From Chiloscyllium plagiosum (lineage: Eukaryota), in assembly GCF_004010195.1 (NCBI RefSeq), contig NC_057750.1, positions 11,631,144 to 11,695,143 on the forward strand: a stretch of DNA of 64,000 bases. The letters run 5' to 3'. The position numbers were made by a program, and so were the translations under genes. Of this stretch, positions 13,275 through 28,400 are shown in pieces. The notes under the pieces are model-generated. The model was not told where the DNA came from and searched no databases. It saw nothing but the letters and a program-made list of their open reading frames with translations. Position 1 is the stretch's first letter. Each line of letters starts with the position of its first letter.

Positions 13275-15672
13275 CTTAGTGTTAGAGGTCTGGATAGAGC
13301 AGAATTTGTAGGGAACATCCAGGAGGGTTTTCTAGTGCAGTATGTAAATAGTCCAACTCGGGAGGGGCATACTGGACCTGGTGTTGGGAAATGAGCCCAG
13401 CCAGGTAGTTGAAGTTTTAGTGGGGGATTACTTTGGGAATAGTGATCACAATTCCATAAGTTTTAGAATACTCATGAACAAAGAAGAGAGTGGTCCTAAA
13501 GGAAGAGTGCTGAATTGGGGTAAGGCCAACTATACCAAAATTTGGCAGGAGAATGTTGATTGGGAGCAGCTGTTTGACGGGAAATCCACATTCAATGTAT
13601 GGGAGGCTTTTAAAGAGAGGTTGATTAGAGTTCAGGAGAGGTATGTTCCTGTGAAAATATGGGATAGAAATGGCAAGATTAGGGAACCATCATGACAGGT
13701 GAAATTGTGAGACTAGCTAAGAGGAAAAACAACATAAGGTCTAGACAACTGATAACGACAAATCTTTGGAAGAATATCGGGAATTTCGGACCAATCTGAA
13801 ACGAGGAATTAAGAGGGCTAAAAGGGGTCATGAGATTTCCTTAGCAAGCAGGGTCAAGGAAAACCCCAAAGCTTTTTATTCATATAGAAGAAGCAAGAAA
13901 GTAACTAGGGAAGGAGTTGGCCCACTCAAGGACAAAGGAGGAAAGACATGCATAGCGTTAAAGAAAATAGGTGAGATTCTTAAAGAGTACTTTGCATCGG
14001 TATTCACCAAGGAGAGGGACATGATGGATGTTGAGGTTAGGGATAGATGTTTGATAACTTTAGGTCAAGTCGGCATAAGGAGGGAGGAAGTGTTGTATAT
14101 TCTAAAAGGCATTAAGGTGGACAAGTCTCCAGGTCTGGATGGGATTTATCCCAGGTTACTGAGGGAAGCGAGAGAGGAAATACCTGGGGCTTTAACAGAT
14201 ATCTTTGCAGCATTCTTGAACATGGGTGCGGTCCCAGAGGACTGAAGAATTGCTAATGTTGTCCCCTTGTTTAAGAAGGGTAACAGGGATAATTCAGTTA
14301 ACTACAGACCTGTGAGCCTGACATCAGTGATAGGGAAGCTATTGGAGAAGATACTGAGGGATAGGTTATATACCCATTTGTAAGAAAATGGGCATATCAG
14401 TGATAGGCAGCATGGTTTTGTGCAGGGAAGGTCATGTATTACAAACCTAATAGAATTCTTTTAAGAGGTGACAAAGTTGATTGATAAGGGAAGAGAAGTA
14501 GATGTCATATACATGGACTTTAATAAGGCGTTTGATAAGGTTCCCCATGGTAGGCTGATGAAGAAGGTGAAGTCGCAAGGACCAGGGTATTCTAGATAGA
14601 TGGATAGAGAACTAGTTGGGCAACAGGAGACACCATAGTAGTGAAAGGGAGTTTCTCAAAATGGAGACCTGTGACCAGTGGTGTCCCACAGAGATCCGTG
14701 CTGAGACCACTGCTGTTTGTGATATACATAAGTGATTTGGAGGAAGGTGTAGGTTGCCTCATTAGCAAGTTTGCAGATGACAACAAGATTGGTGGAGTAG
14801 CAGATTGTGAAGGGGACTGTCAGAGAATACAGCAGAATATGGATAGATTGGAGAGTTGGGCAGAGAAATGGCAGATGAAGGTTAATCTGGACAAATACAA
14901 GGTGATGCATTTTGAAAAATGCAATTCCAGAGCAAACTACACAATAAATACAAAAGTCCTGGGGAAAATTGATATACAGAGAGATCTGAGTGTTCAGGTC
15001 CATTGTTCCCTGAAGGGAACGCAGGTCAGTAGAGTGATCAAGAAGGCATACAGAATGCTTTCCTTCATCGGACGGGGTATTGAGTACAAGAGTTGGCAGA
15101 TCATGTTACAGTTGCATAAAACTTTGGTTCAGCCACACTTGAAATACTGTGTACAGTTCTGGTTGCCACATTACCAAAAGGATGTGGATACTTTGAAGAG
15201 GGTGCAGGGGCGGTTCACCAGAATTTTGCCTGGTATGGAGGGTGCTAGCTATGAGGAAAGGTTGAGTAAACTAGGATTATTTTCATTGGAAAGAAGGAGG
15301 TTGAGGGGGGACCTGTTTGAGCTCTACAAAATCATGAGATGTGTAGACAGAGTGGATAGCAAGAAGCTTTTTCCCTGAGCAGAGGACTCAATTACTAGGG
15401 GTCATGAGTTTCAAGTGAGAGGGGAAATCTTTAGGGGAGATATATGTGGAAAGTTCTTCACGCAGAGGGTGGTGGGTGCCTGGAAATTGTTGCCAGCGGA
15501 GGTGGTAGGAGCGGTAACGATAGCGTCTTTTAAGATGTATCTGAACAGATACATGAATAGGCAGGGAGCAAAGGGATACAGATCCTTGGAAAATAGGCAT
15601 AGAAGATATGGATTGGGGCAGGCTTTGAGGGCGGAAGAGCTTGTTCCTGTGCTGTAATGTTCTTTGTTCTTT
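13275..15672 (+). mobile_element. 5'-truncated CR1 LINE (EN C-terminus, RT, 3' tail)
   Basis: ORFs 13381-13695 (GNSDHNSI), 13766-14245 (KVDKSPGLDGIYPRLL), 14641-15378 (SGVPQRSVL, SKFADDNK, YCVQFW); (GTTCTTT) tail; several stops. Confidence 0.95.
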
Positions 15673-18029
15673 TGATGCTGCCACCCAAGATGGAGTGGGG
15701 TTGGAGTTACACGAGGCCCCAGTGTCCTATAGGAGGGCTTCAGAACAGATCCCCAGGGCAACCAAATCAAAACAAAATGTTATTGAGCTGGAAAAACAAT
15801 GATGAAGCCGTTTGGATGTGGCAGAACCCACTTCATGAGCCATGAGTGGCCAAGCCCTGCGCTCAGGTGCCAAACGATGACCATCTTGTCACCACTTTCT
15901 TGGAAGTCTTGGAAGGGTCCATGCTCTAACCCCGAAACTTGAGTACATCAGCAAAGCTGGCATACTCAAGGTAGTAATGAAGGCAAATGATCTGGTTATC
16001 GCGTTGTTTTTTGTGGGATCTGTAAATTGGCTGCCATATATATTTACATTTCAATTCTGTTGGTACCAATTACTTCATTGATGGTAAGGGAATTTAGGGC
16101 ATACTGAGAACAGGAAGGTACTATATAAATACACTTCTTTTATTCTCTCTCTTTGGCACCTTGGCCAAATAGTTGTTCTGTATGTTTCAGTTTAGTGGGT
16201 GTTGCCAGGAAATAACAGCCAGGCTTCAGTCAATGATTTATCTTGTTGGGATTGCTGGGAAGTGACCAATAGTAAAGGGATATTGAATCCTATTCTGGCA
16301 TCATTGCTGAGCACTCAGATAAATTAATCAAAGCCTGCGGAAAGGGATTCACAACTTTCCTGTTCTACATTGTTACATCAGGGATCAAACTCCGCCCCGA
16401 GGCACTTGGGATCGACTCTGAGTCTTGTCATCAGATTTAAACCTGATTGCACCTTTAGTCATGACCAGACAGCAAAGTAACCCCATGGGCAAAATATTAA
16501 CAGAACGCTCAAACATTAATGAAATAATGTAATCTCTAAATTTTAAAAGCTGTTTTCAGTAGATTTGCTACTAACAGAGAGGATTTCATCGCTAGGTTAC
16601 AGAATTTTGGTGAATGACCTTTTAAAATGTTACAGGTGTTCCCTTGGTTTAGTGGCAGCATTTCTATTCAGTGCCAGAATGTCTAAAAGCGACTCAGATG
16701 TACTCAAGGAAATGGTGCACGTTACTTTCTCAAAGACAGTTAGGGCTGAATACCAAACACTGGCTTTATTAATGATGCTCAATGAATGAATTAAACAAAC
16801 GCTTTAATTCCAATGAGTTGCATTTGTACAATAGTCACTAGGAAACATTATCATTAGAGAATGTGATCAGGAAAATTTTGTAAAAACTCATCTGCCCTCT
16901 GGAATGGCTGAACAAGTCATTTAATTTCAAGGCAATTAGAGATGGACAACAAATGCTGCCCTTCCCAAAATGCCCACATCCTATGAAAGAACCAAGGAAT
17001 AAAAACATGACCCCCCAGATGGAAGTGCATCCCTTAAAATATTTCCTGTTCAAATTATGGTACAATTCCATTTTGCAAGTTATGACTGAATGAGCTTCCT
17101 CCATTCTTTTGGGTAATTCAATCCAGATCTCAGGAACTCAGGGAGTGAAAACACTTCTCCACATTCTCCCAACCCCAGGTCTTCATCTTCCCTCTGAGTC
17201 AGAGTTGTTATGGCACAGAGGTGAGACATTCAAATTCATGCCATTCCTGAACAATCAGTCAGTCCCATTCCCCATAACACAAAAGCCTTGAATGTTTATT
17301 TCATTTGGGCATCCATCCAATTTTATTTTGAAATCACCGATTGTCCCTTGTTCCACTGCACTCGCAGACAACCAGCTCAGAAGACAGTCCCACTAATGAA
17401 CACATTTCATATTTGTAACCTCCAACATTCCCTTTGACCCGGGTTTTTTTTTTATCCCACCTGGTGGAAATCAAATTCAGTTACTAAACTTGAAAAATAA
17501 AGGTAGCTTCAGTGACGGTAACCATGATAACAGTTTGTGGATGGTTGGAAAACCTGTCAGGTTCACTGATATCCTTTAGGGAAGGAAATCATTTCGTCTG
17601 GGCGACAAGTGACTTCAGACCTACATTAAAGTAGTTGAATCAAACTGACCTCTAGCAAGCCACTCTGTTCCAGGCCAAAATGGAATGGGAAACAAATGTT
17701 GACCTTGTCACTGACACCTACAAACCATGAAAGAATAATTTTCAAAAGTTGTATCATAAGGTTGGTAATAATAAGACTTATGTTCATGGACAATTCATCT
17801 TAGGATGTTAGTTGATTGTTAGTTGATGCTATCAGTTTGTTTGTGTTACCAGCTTGTTCTTGTATTTGGAACTCTTGGTCCAGATAGCATTAATACTTAC
17901 ATTAGTACAGTAATTTTAACTTAGCATAATGTCCCAGTTGACTTCATAGAAGCCTTATTGGACACAATTTGACACCTAACCACCCAAAGAACTGCAGACT
18001 GACAGCTTAGTCATAAGTGGAATGTTTCA

Positions 18030-18066
18030 AGGGGGGGGGGGGGGGGGGGGAGAGAGAGAGAGAGAG
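18030..18066. repeat. Poly-G run followed by (AG)n microsatellite
   Basis: About 20 G followed by AGAGAG..., seen directly. Confidence 0.9.
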
Positions 18067-18819
18067 TGTATTTACTCCCAACTGATCAGTTTCTATTTCA
18101 TAATGGTTAGTTATTCCTTTAAATTTCCACACACCACAGCATCTCTGAACCATAACAGCACCAACAGGCAGTCTGACCTGACGATGAAGGGGGTAAAGGA
18201 TCAGTCAACACAGTTTCCAAATAACACAACCTCCCTCTTGCCATGATTTGTTTTGGCAAGTTTGAACAGATGTTCTTTAGTCTGCACATCACCAGTAGGC
18301 CATTCAACCCATCGTGTCTGTGGCAGGGGCAGAAATTACAGGTGCTCACTGCGCCTGGCACCAGCCTTTGGTCTTACCTCCAAATTTCAGCTTACCCCTA
18401 ACCTGAGCTCGGAGTCTCTGCCTCCTCAATCCAACAGGAGCACTGTGGCCCAGCCTGTCTACCTGAGCAGAATGGATATCTTAAAGTCACGGGCCCTGAT
18501 TTAGACCTGTCCCAGACTATGGTTGCACCAGGTATCTTTGTTCATGTCCAGAGAACCTTTGGCCTGAATGCCTCCCAATGCCAGGGACTATTACATCCCA
18601 AATACACCCAGGTTTCCTCATGGTCTCATGTCTACTTAACAATCGAGTGCAAGCACAGTGGGCTGAATGGCCTCTTTCTATAGCATAACACTTCTGTAAT
18701 GAGCTTAGCAAAAAGGCTCAATACAACATATAATCAAGAGAGGGGTTAAAGTGCTGGTGGAAGAGATTTGAATTGAGCCCCATTCCATCTTCATTTAACA
18801 CTGGAAGACCAAGTCCAGC

Positions 18820-19230
18820 TATAGAATCATAGGTTGTACAGCACTGAAACAGACCCTTTGGTCCAACTCGTTTATGCCAACCAGCTATCCTAAATATGGT
18901 AAAAACAATGACTGCAGATGCTGGAAACCAGATTCTGGATCAGTGGTGCTGGAAGAGCACAACAATTCAGGCAGCATCCGAGGACAGGCAAGATCGACGT
19001 TTCGGGCAAAAGCCCTTCATCAAGCCCTTTATTCCTGATGAAGGGCTTTTGCCCGAAACGTCGATCTTGCCTGTCCTCGGATGCTGCCTGAATTGCTGTG
19101 CTCTTCCAGCACCACTGATCCAGCTATCCTAAATATGTCTAGTCCCATTTACCAGCATTTGTCCCTTATTCCCTCTAAACCCTTCCTATTCATAAACCCA
19201 CCCAAATGCATTTTAAATATTGTAATTGAT
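18820..19230 (-). mobile_element. HER1/CR1 3' tail fragment hosting a palindromic insert
   Basis: Matches the 3' end of the 34337-37502 element; interrupted at ~18899-19123. Confidence 0.75.
18899..19123. mobile_element. Palindromic Penelope-derived insertion with hammerhead-like core
   Basis: 88-bp inverted arms 18935-19022 and 19036-19123 (one mismatch seen); flanking direct repeat CCAGCTATCCTAAATATG at 18881-18898 and 19120-19137; CTGATGA-A-GGGC-TTTT-GCCC-GAAA-C-GTC at 19035-19062. Confidence 0.8.
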
Positions 19231-20467
19231 CAGTTACAGCACTGCAGTTTGAGACAAACTATGCACTGACTGGGCATCAAAACCTGAAATCTTGGTTATG
19301 AACAGTGCTAAGTACCACATAGCGTCACACAGTGCCACCCAGTAAAGCACGGTACCAACAAACAGGGCACTGTCCTGCACAGCAAGTTGTGCATTCGAAC
19401 TCCTCGTTCTCTCGCGACCATGAAATTTGCCCTTGTGCCTCTAGAGGGTGCTAGTCTACAGAGGTGGTTAGAAAATTCACTGTTTGTCCCCCTCCTCAAC
19501 AGCAAGTTAACGCTCCAAGTGTGGCCATGTCAGCCAGTGGTCCCCAATGTGAGACTGCCACCCGCCTCATGCTGCGATGAGTAGCTGGGTTGATAACGCG
19601 CTGTTGCAGTTTGCTTGGACCACGCCCAGTTCAAACAGTCATTTTTTTGTCGGGGAGCAGTTTCACAAGTCACCTTGAAATGACATAGAGATACAGAGTT
19701 GAAAACTGTCGCAACGTTTGGTTACAGATTGATGGGAGAACTACAATATTAAACAATGCCAATCCCCAATGTTAGTTATATTAAATCATCGTATGATCAC
19801 ATCTCAAAACCTGTTAGTATTCAAAAAAAATACATTCGGAGTGAATGATTTAAAATCTGTAATCTAGAGTTCATAAGGTTCCACTGCAAATCTCAAGCAA
19901 GGCTTCTGAGGCTTTAAGTTAATTAATTGAATTTGTGGTAATGTCAGTGTGTTTTAAAAAAAGCGAATGTGTGACGTGCGTTGGTGATATTATAAAGTAC
20001 TGCCGGGGGCAAAATGATTAAAGAGCGCTGGAAAAACTTCCTGAGTGCAAACTCCCTAACCTGACCATTGCTCAACTTGATCAGCAGAAACATGTCGACC
20101 AGGACTCTCGCCCTTGAATCTCAGCGACCCCTGCTGGAAAGTGCTCAGAAAACTTGCTTAGAAGTCAGGTGGTGAAGCCTCTTGTGGTGGAACAGCAGTT
20201 TGAGACAGGTGGGAGATATCCAATTCATGATCTGAGCCTCGACGTCGTGACCTTTGACACCCAAATACCCAGCCTTTTATTTCTTGGAACTTGAACACCA
20301 TTTTTCATTGCAGTTGCTAAATCCTAAATCAGAACAAAGTCTGCTGTCAGTAGCAAACATGAGGTACAGCATGTACACGTTAATACAAAGTTATTTAAAT
20401 TTCATTTGGGCTTTTTGAGGGTGAAAAAAATGGCATTGACAAGTTGGTTGAAGAGGAATAGCAACAA

Positions 20468-20680
20468 TAGACTGGCAGGAAGCTAGAAGAACACAACATG
20501 CCACGCAGCATCAGAAGGTGTAGAAGTCGACGTTTCTGGTGTAACCCTTATTTAGGACTGGGAGTGAGTGTGGGGAGAACTGCAGGTAAAGGGGGTGGCG
20601 GGGGCAGGGCGATGAAGTGGCGATAGGTGAAGACAGCCTGTCGGTTTTGGAATCCAGCATCTGCAGGGTTTTTTTTGCCA
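20468..20680. mobile_element. Penelope-derived fragment with internal inversion
   Basis: GCAGCATCAG...GTCGACGTTTC...AACCCTT (decayed hammerhead-like motif on -), followed by an oppositely oriented end TCCAGCATCTGCAG-T-rich like the 56.37-kb end. Confidence 0.6.
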
Positions 20681-20859
20681 TTAAGCAGCAGAATTCCTGT
20701 TTAAGTAAGTAGCATGGATGTTCCAAAACTTACACTGGAAAAAAATGCACCATTTAATTTCTGATTTGGAAATTCAATTCATACGTGAAATTGAACATTT
20801 CCTGAACATCCCGTCTACTGGAATTCCTCCGACTGCACCACGGAAATGCACAAAAGAGG

Positions 20860-21978
<1,119 letters not shown>

Positions 21979-24900
21979 CTTCACGAGGAAGACGGCGACG
22001 CCCTGGGTTTTGTTCTGAACTGATTAGGTTGGATTAAACCTTATAGAGAAATGCTAACTTGTACAAGACCAAAAGTTTAATGAAAATGATTTTTTTTTAA
22101 TGCTTTGGGAAGGGAGGGGGAAAAAGAAATTTCACCACCGGCTAATTCTGACGTTTTCAGTGCCGGGCACAGACCAGTCAGGGCCTACACTAGAAGTGAA
22201 AACATAAGAGATTTATTAAAGGGAGGAGGTCACGTCTATTCACAGGCTATGCAATGGTGGGAAAGATTCTGCCCACTCCATTCCTTTGGAACGCTGCTGT
22301 TCAGTGACAGATCTCTCTAAAACAATTACAATCGGCTGCTTTTTTTTGTGGGGGTGGTGGTCTCAATAGGGTCCTTATGTGACACACATTGTGCTATGCA
22401 AGAGAGATGTTTAAACAGTTTCAATTGAAGGCGCTTCCTGATCTTTAACCCTTCCCCCACCCCACCCCTTTTTGATTAGCCATAATTTCTATTAATAAAG
22501 CCAAACATTTTTGGCCTAGGTTTTTATTGCCTCTTCACATTAAGATTCTGGACTGTTGTGGACAATAGTCTAGCTTCAGGTATCTGGGTGGTGGCTTGAA
22601 GTTATTTTTGTATCAGATTTATATAAAAGGAATATGTCATGCCAAGGGAACCCTTTAAGGTTTCCATTTTTCCCATGACCACACCCTCTTCAAACTAAAT
22701 TGGGATTTGTTTGGGATTTTCCTCCCCCTGCCTGACCTCTAATGTAGCAAAACCAGCTAAGGTCCCACATGCCCCTCTGACTGGAAAGTGCACTTGAATA
22801 TGTGTGTGTGTCTCTCTCTCACTCTCTCCCCTCATCTGCCAAATATTTATTACAAGGGACAAATGTCCATTCTGATGAGGTATAATGTGAGTGGGAGCCT
22901 TCAGGAGAGCAGTGGAATGACAGAGTTGAAATAAGACTGTTTCTTGCTTATCCTGATGAATCATGGTCATTACAGCATAGCAAGCCATTGAGTCCATGCC
23001 CGTTCACATTCTGAAAATTTAACAAGTTTCCATCTTCCTAAAAGAGCAGGATATTGATTTCCCACACTCCCACCAAAAAAATTGCAAAACAAGCTTTTCC
23101 CAGTATTTAATTTTGGGAGGGAGGTGCAGGAGACCATTCAACCTTGAGCTTTTCAGTATTCTGTTTTGAGCACAACTGATTGGTAGCTCTGTTCTTTTTA
23201 TGTTGGCTTCATATCCCTAGATTGCCTTGCCTGAAAAATCTATTGATTTTTCATTTTGAAATTGTCCATTGTCCCATTATGATCGGCTATTGGAAGAGAG
23301 TTCCAGAGTTTTACCATCCTCTGAGAAATACTTCTGATTTTTTTTCCCTCTCTTCTCTCCTGCATAGCCTAGTTCTAATTTTAAGGTCATGTTCTCTTCA
23401 GAAGGTACCTGCTTATCTATGCTATTGAATTCCTTTTAACATTTTAAAGACCTTGGTTTTATTGCCTCTTAACCTTTGGAATGAAAACCAAGGTTTTGCA
23501 ACATGTTCCTAATTGAACCCTTTTAAGACCTGGACTGTGATTCGGTTGACTGGTATGGCCCAAGCTTATTGCTTCCTGTGACGTCTCCATGTTCTATACC
23601 CCCCCCCTCCCACCACCAGTGGAATGGGTGTACACGTATGCATTTCAAGAGAGGATGGAATTGGGCTCTGCTATAATGCACCCCTTGATAATACTGACAC
23701 TTAACTGTCCAGGCCTTGAAGGTGTCTTGAAGGAAAGGTGTTTAGTTCAATGTGCACCCTCTGGTACAGGAGGGGCTAAACCTCAAGGGTGTGCCGACTT
23801 ACAAGATGAGATCTTCCAATGGTGTTTGGGTGCAAATAGTGGAGGTTTGTTTTTGGGATGTGGTTGCAAGTTGCTTTCAGAATGATTTGGGTTTTACTTG
23901 CATTTCTAAGAGGAAGTTTTACGTTAGTTCTGTGTTCTAGGGGATGGTTTCAGGTAACTTCTTCTAATATTACAGTAGAATTTAGGGTAGGATCAAACCA
24001 ACCAATGCTCAAGCAAAGCTTGAATTATTCAGTTGATATAAAAGGTACTCACTCAGGGCTGTCCATACACACATTGGTCTGGATGTTCCTTTTTTCTCTG
24101 GACCTTGTTTGACAGATACCCAGGGTAACTATCGAGACCAGATGCTCCCAGAATCTATTGCAAGCATCCGCTATAGAACTTGATCCCAGCTGAGGGCTTT
24201 GGAACTACTGCCATGATCGGCTGGATTATCAACTCAATCCCACCTTCCAGTTAATGTGAGGGCTCTTGGGTAAAAAATAGCAAGAATCTTTTCCAGAAGA
24301 GAGACCAGCCCATGGCTCCCAGTGGTTTTCAGTAGCACAGTTGGAGGTGGAATTGGGGGGGGTGTTAAATAATGGAAAGTGAAGAAAATAATGCTATAGG
24401 CTTTTGGAATCTGTCCCAGAATCTCTATAGACATTTAGGTTCATGTGATTTTGTTTCCCCTCTGTGCTTGTGACTTGGAGCACATGGTGGTGCAGAGCTG
24501 TCAATCTACCCATCTCCCTCCCTTCTCGTTCTTGGTTCATTTTTTGTTGCTGAAACGCTGCACTTAGTCCCTCATGGCCTGCTCTGTAAGGTCCTCAATG
24601 TCCTCTGCTAGAGCCCTTTTTAGTTTGGCCTATCTGGAAGGGGAAGAATGGTTTCCATGCAGTGCCATGTAGATACCAGTAGCTGTCATTACTGAGCATT
24701 TCCAGTCCAGTGCTTCCGGCATCTGGTGGAAGATGCAAGGTGATGCTATCAACATTTCTGTAGGTGCACAGGAAAAAGACTTTGCATTGAAATAGATACC
24801 TTGCCTTTTTTTTTAAAAAAAAAAAGTCCTGTATTCTGAAGCCACCTTATGGTGTGCAATACTGTACTGGTGTGGAGGTGGCATCATAGAGCTGCATTTC

Positions 24901-27200
24901 ATAGGTTTCCTGCGGATCTCCCCACCTGGGGATGGGACAGCAAGTGGAGAAGATTCATTCAGCCTATGGCATCCCTGAATTGGGGACCCATCCTCTAGAT
25001 CCATTGCCTGACCTTGTTGTGATTTTACAAAAAAATGCAGGTGAAAGATGAGAATTGCAAATAATTGGGTGAGGCCAGGAAGTTCATAGCTTTTATTTTA
25101 TTTAAAAGCCTCTATCAGCTTTTAATATCACAAAATGGACCTACATCAATATAGTTTCAAGTGCAAATTGTGTGCCAAAATAGGTGACTTGATGTGTTGA
25201 GGTACTTAGCCTCAACTTGCAATTTATTGAAGGTTACAGGTTGATGCTGTCCACAAGCAAAGTATAATGTATGTCCCCCCTCTCCTGGCTCTGTCTGTCT
25301 GCTTCATAAAGCACTGAATGACCTGTTACCTTTAAAGGATGCTGGGTGTGACCCTGCTAGGCACTTTGCACAGCAGCCTTGCAGAGTTGGCACTCAGTTC
25401 CGCAATCTGCACTGAACTGTCACAAATGGCAAGTTTTGTTTTTTCTCCAAAACCCCAGTCCCACGTGGCTACATTTAACTCTATCAAAATTTGAAATTGG
25501 GGACTGGGTCAAACATCAGGGACCTGGCTTCAAAACCAGTGAAATCAAGCTGGGGAGGGTCGCCTCAACTTATTGGTAAGCACAGACCTGCAGTACAAGG
25601 CTGAACAATTAAGCACTGAATGTCAGTGTTGCTGCAAAATGTTTGTGTGTGAGGTGACCACATCGATAGTACAGTAATGCCTACTGTTCTGAGACTGGGG
25701 CACAGCATTAGGGAAGATGGAACATAACCTTAACTTATGTCATTGCTGACCTGGGTGATTCATCTAACCTGAGCCGCTCCTGCCCCAGGAATGTTTGGGA
25801 CAATGTGAAAAACAGCTATACTCTTATTGTACATGTCCTGGGAGTGTAGAGGGAACTTTACTTTGCACATAACTTTTACTGTACCTGCCTCAGATTCTGG
25901 ATGCTGATACTGGTATATAAAATTCTGCAGCACCATGATGGAACATTAAACGCTAAAGAAAATTGGAGGTTTTGGGATAAAATGCTGTAAATGTAGCCTC
26001 AATAAAGACTTGCGCCAGTTATTTCTGCAGGACTTCTCTTGATCACTTGATGCAGCTGTTTTTTATGTGTGGGGTGGGGGGAAGGAAGTTGAGGACTCGG
26101 GATTCTAGTGCAAAAACACACCGGAATTGTTTTTTCTTGTGTTTCTGCCAAAGTTATGACAATTGGGGTGGTACAATGGAGTTGTCCCCCCCTTGTGTTC
26201 AGTCAAGGGAGTCTGGTGGCATGATACTTAATTGGTCTCTAAATGACTCTGAAAGAAAGCATTGTGCTGAAGGGTGGGATGGGCAGCTCCAACTACATGT
26301 GCTCCTGGGAATGTTATCTCTATTCCTTCACCTGTTCTGCCCTTGTCTACTTTCCCATTATGTCCACCATGTCCATATCTTTGCTGTGTGATGACATCTA
26401 AAGCCAACAGGCTCATTAGCTGAATGGATAATTCTTAATCATTGGCCAGTGGCCTTTTCCCTATCTTCCACATATCAAAATTATTTATTACCTGATATGC
26501 AAGAGATGAAATAATATTTATTATAATGTTTCAATAACCTTTCTCCCTGAGTTGCTCCCAGAAGGATCCTGGATATTACAAATTCAGGAGAATCTAGGGC
26601 AGTCCTGGAGAATTGGCACCCCAATTATGTGCCTCAGCCTTGGGGAAGGTGACTGAAGTTTATTATCCCGTGTGCAAGCTGTTCCACTTACACCTCAGAG
26701 CTGGCACTGTCTGGTGCAGTTTAGGTAGTGGGAATCCCCCTCCCTTGGTGGTGTTATCATTTTTGGTCTGTTGAGAAAAGAAATTATATGTATACTAAAA
26801 ATGTTCATGGTGAATCTTCAAATTGGGAATGTGATTTTTGGGAAAAGGTATAATGCTGTTGTGATGAAAAGATGGATGCATGATGTTGGTTGCTTCTTGA
26901 CCAAAGGGAAGGCAGGTGTCACAGTGCCGTGGCTTCCCTCCAGACATCTGGGAAAAACTGGCCAGGCATTTAATCCTAAAATAGCCCAAATAGAGCTGCT
27001 GATATCCACTAGAACAAGTCCACAGTGAGAGTTGATCAACAGGGGGTTGTTGGAGCTGAAAGTCGCAACATCCACAAAAGGAAAAAGCAATTGAGCTCTT
27101 TGGAGAAACTATCATTGCAGACTTTTCTTAAAGGATAATGTTCTCTGAATAAACTGAAATTCTGAAGCTTGGGTGGTTTTAATTTTCTTGTGCAAATGTA
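21979..27200 (+). other. Probable ARF6 3' UTR (end uncertain)
   Basis: Strongly depleted of the LINE/SINE copies seen elsewhere; T-rich; AATAAA at 22494-22499, 26001-26006 and 27148-27153. Confidence 0.45.
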
Positions 27201-28029
27201 CTGTTTGTATAACGATCCATTTTGAGTTTATATCCAATTACCTTTGAAAGATACACCATTTAGCCTGCATCCACCACCATTTAAGGTGTGTGTTCCAAAA
27301 CCAAACTTGCTGCGTTTTGTTTTTAAAGATTCATATCTCTGATTTTTGCACCACTTATCCTAAATTCATATTCTCTGGTTGCTGGGCTTTAGGACAGTGG
27401 AGACAGCTAACTCCTGTCTACTCATTAAAATGCCTTCATAATTCTGAATGTGTTTATGAAATCACCTCAGCTGTAATGAAAACAACCCCAACTAAAATCC
27501 CTTGTCTCTGATGCTATTCTACCTCAGCAGCCTCTGCCCTGTTTCCAGGGTATCAGCACTGCTTGTGAGCTTGCCCCAAGGGCAAGTTTTCCATGTGAGC
27601 ATAGATGGTGAATGCTGTTAGGTTGCTCCACTGGGTGGAGCATCACATTCCCCAACCACACATCTGCCTACATGATCACACTCTCCATTGAGAATGACTG
27701 ACTGACAATTGGAAGCCCTGTCTGACCTCGCCTGTCTCTCACCAGTCCTTTGATGTGTTGATATCAATTGTATTTCTAATAATACTCTAGTTATGAGCTT
27801 ACTTAGACTTATTATGACACTGATTGTTCCTGTGCTCTTTGGTTCCATTCTATACTCTACAGTCAGTTTTGCTATAATGTGGCAGTATTTGGTTCCATGT
27901 GATTGGATTGCCTGCTGTTCCACTCTTCAAACTGAAACCAGTTCACCTGAAGCACAATGGAAACTTGTGTTATCCATTAGTTAAATGTAAGAGCTAACTT
28001 GCATTGCTGTAGTATCCCTTACAATCTTA

Positions 28030-28400
28030 GGATATCTTGAAGCGCTGGCAATTGGCAGAGTACTTTTGAAATTCAGGTTCTGCTGCGCTTTAGGAATTAT
28101 AGCAGCCAATTTGTACATGGCATGATCCCATAAGTAGCAATGTAAGCATCTGCTTCACTCATTCTGATTAAGAATTAAATGCTGTTCAGGGTGCTGGGGA
28201 GAGTACCCCCTGCTCATTGCATTAATGCAATTGGTTCTTTTTATGTCCATTTGAGAGGGCAGAAGGGACCTCAGTTTAATATAAGATAACAGGTGGTGCT
28301 CTCAACAATGTAGCCCTCCCTCAGTCCTGCTATGGAATGTCAGATGGGATTGTGCGCTTTGGTCTTCAGACCCAGAGGCAGAGTGTGCTGCTCCCTGAGG
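28030..28400 (-). mobile_element. Old DeuSINE-like (SacSINE1/AmnSINE1-related) element
   Basis: The reverse complement reads GACTGAGGGAGGGCTACATTGTTGAGAGCACC...TTAAACTGAGGTCCCTTCTGCCCTCTC, resembling the Deu domain. Related decayed pieces at ~51540-51720, 59890-60030, 61720-61910; tails (..ATATAAATGCAAGT) at ~8865-8920 and 39797-39855. Confidence 0.5.
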
